The notes below the pieces were generated by a model, which did no database searches, was not told the origin of the DNA, and saw only the letters and a program-made list of their open reading frames with translations. A stretch of 45,042 bases of DNA from assembly GCA_900128395.1 (NCBI GenBank), contig LT649290.1:1-45042 (forward strand). Reading direction: 5' to 3'. Below are positions 1 to 7,702 of this stretch, piece by piece. Within the stretch, counting starts at the first letter, position 1. Every line of letters begins with the position of its first letter. The DNA comes from Stramenopiles sp. TOSAG23-2 (lineage: Eukaryota). Both the position numbers and the translations under genes were made by a program.

Positions 1-161
1 GCAACTACACGTACTAAAACTTGTCCATGTGATGGTTTAGGTACTGGAATGGTACAGACTTCGACTTTAATTTTATTGAAATCTGCATTTTTTTCAACAA
101 TATAAAATGCTTTTTGTGTGTCTGGAATGGAGGTATCTATTGCAGATGGTCCATTTCCCAT
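1..161 (-). CDS. N-terminal part of a medium-chain dehydrogenase/reductase (quinone oxidoreductase/GroES-like ADH_N domain); runs off the window
   Basis: Manual translation from ATG at 161 (not in the ORF track): MGNGPSAIDTSIPDTQKAFYIVEKNADFNKIKVEVCTIPVPKPSHGQVLVRVVA. 'IPVPKPxxGQVLVRVxA' is the typical MDR N-terminal motif. The MGN start is compatible with N-myristoylation. Confidence 0.8.
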   Translation of the reverse strand, partial: MGNGPSAIDTSIPDTQKAFYIVEKNADFNKIKVEVCTIPVPKPSHGQVLVRVV

Positions 162-555
162 GATAATGATGACGAATATGTCGCTAAAAAGTTTTCAATT
201 TGCCTAAATTTGCAATTTAAATTAATGAAAAAATTGTTGAAAAAAAAAATATATAAAAAAAAGAAACAAAAATCTGATATAATATACAGTATATATATAT
301 ATATATATAATTTAAATTGTATACGTACAAAAATCTGCATTTTTTTCAACAATATAAAATGCTTTTTGTGTGTCTGGAATGGAGGTATCTATTGCAGATG
401 GTCCATTTCCCATGATAATGATGACGAATATGTCGCTAAAGTTTTCAATTTGCCTAAATTTGCAATTTAAATTAATGAAAAAATTGTTGTTGGAAAAAAA
501 AAATATATATAAAAAAGAAACGAAAATCTGATATATAATCAGGTATATATTTATT
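79..555. repeat. Imperfect tandem duplication (offset 252 bp; copies start at 79 and 331) of the MDR gene 5' end and upstream region; probably two alleles assembled in series
   Basis: aaatctgcat...atgtcgctaaa is identical in both copies; small indels and SNPs occur in the non-coding part (gctaaaaag vs gctaaag; aaacaaaa vs aaacgaaa). Confidence 0.85.
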
Positions 556-1093
556 TCAATTAATATATAAATAGCAAGTAACAGAAATATGTATTCTTAT
601 TGCTTGGATTGGATATACAATATATTCTTTTTTTTCTAGTTTTGTTTTTGGTTTTGCATTCTCTGGACATATATAATATAGATCTTCCGGTCTCCAAATC
701 TATGTTTTCCCAGGAAGACTTTTTATTATTATATAATAAAAGTGGGGACTGATGCAATTAAGTTTAATAAGTTATTAAGTTATTACAGTGTTTCTTCTTC
801 GTCGGGGGGGGGGGCTGCCATCATACGGCCGTATTAATACAAGATATGACATCTAATAGTATATTATTATAATTGTAATGCTTTTTATATCCGTGTGGAT
901 CTTTCCAGAAACAATCGAGCCTACGCGAATTTTGAAAGACCAATATCCAATATTATATATATAAAAGACAAACGAGAAGAAGAGAGAATAGAAAGTGGAG
1001 AAGAGAGTGAGAGAGAGATTAATATATATATATATATTAGGAAATAAGTTGATATTTTAAAAGGAAGTTTATATTATATAATAAAATAATATC

Positions 1094-4000
1094 ATGCCAG
1101 ATAAATGGAAGATATTGAAAATATTGAAAGACCATACAGGTAGTGTCTGGTCAGTTGCATTTAATCATGATGGTACAAAGATTGTATCTGGCTCGGATGA
1201 TAATACAATACGTGTATGGAATGTTGATACTGGTGAATGTATATTAACATTGAAAGGTCATACAAATTATGTCACATCTAGTCTGCGTCGTCAGCCTCTT
1301 TCGACTCTTTCGAAAGAAAGATTCTATGTCACATCAGTTGGATTTAATCATGATGGTACAAAGATTGTATCTGGATCGTCTGATAATACAATACGTGTAT
1401 GGAATGTTGATACTGGTGAATGTATATTAACATTGAAAGGTCATACACGTAGTGTCTTATCAGTTGTATTTAATCATGATGGTACAAAGATCGTATCTGG
1501 ATCGTTGGATAAAACAATACGTGTATGGAATGTTGATACTGGTGAATGTATATTAACATTGAAAGGTCATACAGAATATGTCTACTCAGTTGGATTTAAT
1601 CATGATGGTACAAAGATTGTATCTGGATCGTTGGATAAAACAATACGTGTATGGAATGTTGATACTGGTGAATGTATATTAACATTGAAAGGTCATACAA
1701 ATTATGTCACATCTAGTCTGCGTCGTCAGCCTCTTTCGACTCTTTCGAAAGAAAGATTCTATGTCACATCAGTTGGATTTAATCATGATGGTACAAAGAT
1801 TGTATCTGGATCGTCTGATAATACAATACGTGTATGGAATGTTGATACTGGTGAATGTATATTAACATTGAAAGGTCATACAGGTGAAGTCAACTCAGTT
1901 GTATTTAATCATGATGGTACAAAGATTGTATCTGGATCGAAGGATAAAACAATACGTGTATGGAATGTTGATACTGGTGAATGTATATTAACATTGAAAG
2001 GTCATACAGAATATGTCGCATCAGTTGGATTTAATCATGATGGTACAAAGATCGTATCTGGATCGAAAGATGAAACAATACGTGTATGGAATGTTGATAC
2101 TGGTGAATGTATATTAACATTGATTAGTCATACAGGTGAAGTCAACTCAGTTGTATTTAATCATGATGGTACAAAGATTGTATCTGGATCGAAGGATAAA
2201 ACAATACGTGTATGGAATGTTGATACTGGTGAATGTATATTAACATTGAAAAGTCATACAGGTGATCAGTTGGATTTAATCATGATGGTACAAAGATTGT
2301 ATCTGGATCGGGTGATAAAACAATACGTGTATGGAAAGATCAAGACGCCGCCACACGTCCTGCAAAAGTATTACAACTCCTTCCAGAAAACATACGCCCT
2401 ACAGCAAAACTTGTTTTGAAACGCCTACCAAACATTTTAAACCCATTAAAGCAAGCATATACACAAAAACTAAAATTAACCGCACAAGTTGAAACAGCAA
2501 AAAAAACATTGCAACAAAAACAACAAAAACTACAAGATGCACAAAGTCAAATTAAGACTCTTCTTGCTAGTGCAATCAATGCAACCATATTAGTCCAAGT
2601 AACACAACAAGCAAATACAATTATTAATACCGCACAAGCCGAATTACAAAAAGCACAAAAACAACTCAAGGGAAAACAATCCGAACTGAAAAAAGCTCAA
2701 GCAAATTTAAAAGCAGTTATCAAGTCAACAATTACTACTATACAAAATGCTGACAAGGATCGCATTCAAAGATTACAAAACAAATTACAACAAGAAATCA
2801 ATGGACAAACTGGCAATGCATTTATATCCTTAAACAATACCTATGAATTTTGTTTAAATCGATTTATATATTCTTCTGGTCAAAATCGTGATCCAAAAAA
2901 TATTCTATCCTATTTGAACAAAGTTCAAGATCGAAAACAACAATTGCAAGGGAAAAATTTAACACTTCCACAATTACATCGTAAATCCTCAGATACTACT
3001 GGTAAAACAGTTGCTATATCAAATCCAAAACTATTTGATTTTTCATACCTTGCTGCATTGGCAAATTTAAAAGAACGTTCAGGAAAAATTGAAACTAATA
3101 TAGTAAACAGAAATGAAATGTTTTTTGATGTCATTGTGATTGGTGCCGGGGTACATGAACAAATATTTCAAAATACATTACGTTCTGAAAATTCCAAATT
3201 ACAAGTATTAACAATTGAACGTGGAGAAATTCCATGTGAAACATTTTCTGCTGCAAGTGATCGTGTGAATTCAAATAGTAGTGTTCGTATGGCAGATGAA
3301 GATGTTCAAGCAATTCCATCAGTTGGAAATATTAATACTTTTTTTTTAGGTTTGTTACAATTGGATGATGTAACAGCAGATGGCCTTGGACCACTTGGTA
3401 ATTTTGCAAAAGTTGCAACTATTAATCGTTCATTATCAAATAATGATATTTTATTTGGTTGGGAAGTTGTTACAGTGACAGCAAGAGGAAGAAACAATAA
3501 CAGCAACAACAACAACAATATAAATGTCAATTTGCGTGAACCTTTGAAAAGAACAAAGCAATACGAGGTACAAATTCGACGCAGAGGAACGACGAGAAAT
3601 ACAATTACAATATATTGCCCAGTCGTTGTTGATGCTCGTGGTATTGGTGTTCCAAAGTTTCCACCAATTAATTATGGAAATCAGCGTGTGAATACAGTTG
3701 CAACCGATTTTCGACAACAATTTTATGCAAATCCTTCTGTTGAAACGTTTCCAAAAGTAGTTCATTCCAAAGACTTTTATGAAATGACAACACTATTGAA
3801 TGATCCATATGGCCCATTTGCAAATAAAAAAGTTGCTGTAGTGGGTTCTGGTGATTCTGGGAAAACAATTATGGAATTTTTAACTCGAGTTGGCGTTGGT
3901 GCAGCTGGATTTGGTGGTGGGAACATTGCTGGAGGCACAGCTATTCCAATATGGATTGGGCAAAAAGATCGCACACAAGCGGAATATGAAGCTACATCCC

Positions 4001-5043
4001 GTGCACGCTATCGTCCATTAGGTGCAAAATTTCCAAGACGAGCAAGTGACAATGTATTACAAGGTGCCTGCCCATTGATTAAAGCGTTTCCTGGTAGATT
4101 GAATCGAATTACACAGCAACAAAATGGGAAACTAAGCCTTCGAATTAGTCAAAATAATAATACAAATATCGAAGTGGATGTTGTAGTATTAGCAACTGGT
4201 TTATTACCAGATTATACATTATTCCAAAACTTCCCAGGAATAGATTCAAGACGGCAAATAACAAATGAAACGCAAAGCACTGAACGTATTGATTGCGAGC
4301 AACTTGTTGGCGTAAAACGTGTTGATGCTTCTCCATTTGCAATAATTCCATTAAAACGAATAAAAGATTCCAATGTATTTTTTATTGGACCCGGTGGTGG
4401 TGATTTTATTAACAATAATGCTGTATTGTTACGAAAAATTGAAAAAGCAGGGAAAGATTTAGGTAGACCTGGGTTAGGTAAAATTTTTGGAATCAGTGAA
4501 AATGTTGTAGCCATATTTGCATTAGGTCCAATTAGTGAATATACAGCTCGATTCATCGATGTATTTTCACAACCTGATGGACAAACGCGAAATTTACAAC
4601 AAAATATTCCAATAGCACAAAGTGAAATAATTGGACAAGTGAATCGAAATGCACAAGTTGATTTAATTATACCAAATATTTTGCCAAGCAATATGCTTCA
4701 ATCTATAATTTCACGTGTGAATGATCAAGAATTGATTAAAGAATTTATATTACTTCGTGTTTTATATAATTTATTTCCATTCCGATTAAATGATAATCTT
4801 CGTGAGTTAGTCATTAAAATAAGGCAAGATGGAAATACATTGCAGTATAAAATATTGGATTGTCAATTAGATGCCAGTTCAAGAAATGAATTTACAAATA
4901 GGTGTACGAATGATAAATTTTTATCCCAATCGATTATTAATGTGGGTAGGGAAGTAAGAATTCGTATCAATGATTATACTCCTAGTATGAGTTTTGAGGA
5001 TCTTTGTAAGAATGCAGAAGATGTTACCTTTGGTCGTAGGTGA
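1094..5043 (+). CDS. WD40-repeat / coiled-coil / FAD-NAD(P)H-dependent oxidoreductase (class B flavin monooxygenase-like) fusion, about 1318 aa, frameshifted at 2265/2266 (ORFs 1094-2419 and 2416-5043)
   Basis: Repeat 9 lacks 7 nt (ggt ga[agtcaac] tca gtt). From 2266 the frame reads SVGFNHDGTKIVSGSGDKTIRVWKDQDAATRPAKVLQLLPENIRPTAKLVLKRLP and runs directly into the 875-aa ORF, whose listed start is a TTG rather than an ATG. Confidence 0.8.
1268..1337 (+). other. 57-bp in-frame insertion in WD40 repeat 2 (46-bp core plus 11-bp duplication tatgtcacatc); possible GT-AG intron 1281-1337
   Basis: tatgtcacatc at 1268-1278 and 1325-1335; gtctgc...acatcag spans exactly 57 nt. Confidence 0.8.
1703..1772 (+). 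other. Second identical copy of the 57-bp insertion, in WD40 repeat 5; possible intron 1716-1772
   Basis: Identical to 1268-1337 at offset 435 (3x126+57). Confidence 0.8.
3121..4560 (+). other. Two-dinucleotide-binding flavoprotein domain (FMO / lysine-ornithine N-hydroxylase-like) within the fusion gene
   Basis: FDVIVIGAGVHE (FAD Rossmann motif, degenerate), VVDARGIG, VVHSKDF (HSxxY/F motif), KKVAVVGSGDSG (NAD(P)H Rossmann motif) and DVVVLATG occur in canonical order. Confidence 0.75.
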
Positions 5044-5147
5044 AGCAAAACCAAATCTAAAATCAATGTAAGAGAGAAGAGAGAAAGAGAAAATAAATGA
5101 AATAAATGGCCAACCCGTTCAACGAGAATGAACATGATGGAAGGATC

Positions 5148-5310
5148 GAAACCATACTCGTGCTTGTATGGTGTATATTATAGAGAGTGTAGACGGTGCA
5201 TTTTACATCTTTACTAGATATATAGTAGGATTAACTCCATTTCTTGGATCGAATATTGAGCATACTATATTTATTTACCACACGGGAGGAGGAGAGATAA
5301 AAAATTATTT
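5148..5310 (+). repeat. Dispersed diverged repeat, copy A (hairpin-containing)
   Basis: Collinear blocks shared with 7242-7425: GAAACC, TCGYGCTTGTA, AGAGWGTG, AGAC, TGCATTT(T)ACA, CTTTACTA, GGATT, CATTTCT, TATTGAGCAT, TATTTACC. Confidence 0.7.
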
Positions 5311-5322
5311 CATGTATAAGTT

Positions 5323-5421
5323 TTACCTGGTATAGTTGCTATAGTATTATAAGAATAATATATAATAATTAGAATAAATAATAATATAATATAGATTTTC
5401 TAGCTCTACTATATCAGGTAA
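5323..5421. mobile_element. Small MITE-like element with 14-bp terminal inverted repeats
   Basis: ttacctggtatagt (5323-5336) vs actatatcaggtaa (5408-5421), 13/14 complementary; can be read as TA|CCTG...CAGG|TA; AT-rich interior. Confidence 0.35.
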
Positions 5422-5699
5422 TTACAATGGGAGGAGGAAAGTCATTCTTACCCCCACCACCTGTTTTGCATGATGCTATATAATACAAAAGATGGGAAAA
5501 CAAAGATTGATACAAAAAACGAAAAACAGAAAGCAAGTATTTTTGGAGCCAGATATATTGTGTGTATACATACATATATGCATATTTACTTTAATTAAAC
5601 TACATTACGTAATAATTTTGTTTTTCGTTTTGTTTTCTCTATTTTTGTTTTTTGTATTTGGTTGTTGTAATTTTAAATTTTAAATTTTAAATATTAATC

Positions 5700-7217
5700 A
5701 TGGATAATAATACAAATGATAACAAAGAAGGAAAAAAACAGGATGATCCTTTGTACAAAACAAAGCAAGCAAGGAATGTAGCTACAATGGTCTTTTTGCA
5801 TTTATTACAAAATTTTATTACTATGCCGGTACGTATGGAAATATTAATGCCATATTTTAATTACGATACCGCTATTCCACTGTATTAAATCGTTCATTAT
5901 TAGGTACCTATTTAATGTCATTAATATTAAATCCATTAATGTTAGAATTATCAAATATATATGGTCTATTCCACTGTATTAAATCGTTCATTATTAGGTA
6001 CCTATTTAATGTCATTAATATTAAATCCATTAATGTTAGAATTATCAAATATATATGGTCGTTTACCAGTGATTCAATTTGGTATGTATTATAGTATAAT
6101 ATTAAAAGCATTTTCGTTAATAAATCCTACTGGTAATATGCAAATACTCACTTCGTTTCTAAGTGCACCAGGTATGGTAACTTTAAATTCATTTAATGTT
6201 TATATATCAGATTTATATAAATCATCAACTAATAGTAGTAAAGAACAAGCGGACATTGATTCAAAACAAATTGCAGTTGCACAATCACAAGTAATGGCAT
6301 ATAAATTTATTGGTTTAGTAGTAGGTCCAGTTGTTGGTGGATATTTATCAAAACGTAATGTACGTTTGCCATATGTAGCTGCTATTGTAGCAGGATTGAT
6401 TGAAATTTATTTAGGGCAAGGTTTAAATGAATATATGCCAATTGAAAAACGAAAAAAACAAATTGATTATCATAATTTAAATCCTTTGAAATTTTTAAAA
6501 TTATTTTTGTCAGGTGGTAAATTAATTTCACTTTCCATAATGCATGTATTGTATTTAATAACAAATCCACGTGGATATGGGACGACGGAAGATTTAGTAC
6601 GAACGGTATCATATGGAAGTGTCAATTTTGATGTGATGCAACGTAGTTATTTAAAATCATTTTCTAGTTTTGTTTCCGTTTTGGGATATGGATTTGGTGG
6701 CAAAATTTTAAAACAAATTGGTGTAGCAAAAATGTTTATTACATCATCGTATACATTGATATTACAACGTTTATATCAATGGTTATATTGCAAATCGGAA
6801 ATTTTAAAACAAATTGGTGTAGCAAAAATGTTTATTACATCATCGTATACATTGATATTACAACGTTTATATCAATGGTTATATTGCAAATCGGTATCGA
6901 TTGATTATATTTTAAATGTAATTAATGTTTCAAAACCATTAACAGATGTTTCATCCAATGTAATGTTGCGTCAAGAAGCACGTGAACAAGGTATTAAACC
7001 AGATGAATTGGAAATTATGCTAGGTAATTTAGAAGAAATGTCACTAGTTTTTTCCTATCCATGTTGGGCAATTGTATATGGTTGGTGTTTACGTAGCGGT
7101 GATGTTCGTCGATTTTATGGTATTTTAGCTGGATTGCATGTGCTGCAAAATATATTAGGTTTGTATGTTTTGAAAGGAGGTGGTACACGCTGCATTAATG
7201 AGAAGAGCAACAAATAA
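5700..7217 (+). CDS. Major facilitator superfamily transporter (DHA1/TetA-like), interrupted by duplications at 5872-6059 and 6703-6894
   Basis: ORFs 5700-5888 and 5961-7217; multiple hydrophobic helices; motif A-like LSNIYGRLPV; antiporter motif C-like GLVVGPVVGGYL. Confidence 0.75.
5872..6059. repeat. Exact 94-bp tandem duplication in the MFS gene
   Basis: ctattccactg...tatatggt at 5872-5965 and 5966-6059. Confidence 0.9.
6703..6894. repeat. Exact 96-bp in-frame tandem duplication in the MFS gene
   Basis: Copies at 6703-6798 and 6799-6894; ILKQIGVAKMFITSSYTLILQRLYQWLYCKS appears twice. Confidence 0.95.
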
Positions 7218-7241
7218 AATTTTATTATTATGTATATAAAA

Positions 7242-7425
7242 GAAACCTACTCTCGCGCTTGTAGAGTATTAGAGTGTGCCCAGACATGCATTTACAGCTT
7301 TACTAAAATTACTACTCGTAATTTTTTAGTGGTACAAAGTAAGGATTGAGTGCATTTCTGAGATAGAGTATTGAGCATTACGCATTACGAACCCGTAGTA
7401 TTTACCCTGGGAAGTAAAATTTATT
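7242..7425 (+). repeat. Dispersed diverged repeat, copy B (hairpin-containing)
   Basis: Collinear similarity to 5148-5310; hairpins at 7248-7268 and 7305-7325. Confidence 0.7.
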
Positions 7426-7702
7426 TTTTATTTTTAACTTTTTATTCGTAGATTTCTAAACAGACGAGACATCAAAGAGCAAAGAGAAAAAAGTCTTTTT
7501 GTAAGAAGGAATGATACTCTCTCTCCTCTCTCGCAAAAATATCAACAATTAATATCGACCCTCTTAATATCTCTTCCCACTCCCCACTCTCTCCTATACT
7601 ACACGCACTCTAAAATGCTCCACGACCGCATGATACAAAAAAAACGTCTCGTATATCATATATCTTTTTACTCTTTGTGTCATTTAACAACACAAAACCT
7701 TT

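Larger units (their letters stand above)
1130..2334 (+). repeat. Array of nine near-identical 126-bp (42-aa) WD40 repeats, HET-E-like
   Basis: His codons at 1133, 1259, 1442, 1568, 1694, 1877, 2003, 2129, 2255; consensus GHTxxVxSVxFNHDGTKIVSGSxDxTIRVWNVDTGECILTLK. Confidence 0.97.

Noticed and set aside
560-757. 65-aa ORF with a WW-like fragment (SWENIDLETGRSILY)
   Set aside because: Non-ATG start, no second Trp/Pro, and low-complexity context.
1279-1324. Sequencing adapter contamination as the source of the insertion
   Set aside because: Only cacatct resembles the Nextera end; the rest does not match adapters I know, and the insert is in frame with a flanking duplication.
1130-2334. CRISPR array or diversity-generating retroelement target
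   Set aside because: The units are 126-bp in-frame coding repeats without unique spacers. No separate template repeat or reverse transcriptase is present in the window, and third codon positions also vary, unlike the usual AAY-derived DGR pattern.
2416-5043. Independent gene overlapping the WD40 ORF in an operon-like arrangement
   Set aside because: The start is TTG in a eukaryotic context, and the frame is open back to 2266 where it encodes WD40 repeat 9.
5318-5340. U1 snRNA (ttacctgg)
   Set aside because: Lacks the ATAC start, stem-loops and Sm site; better explained as an inverted-repeat end.
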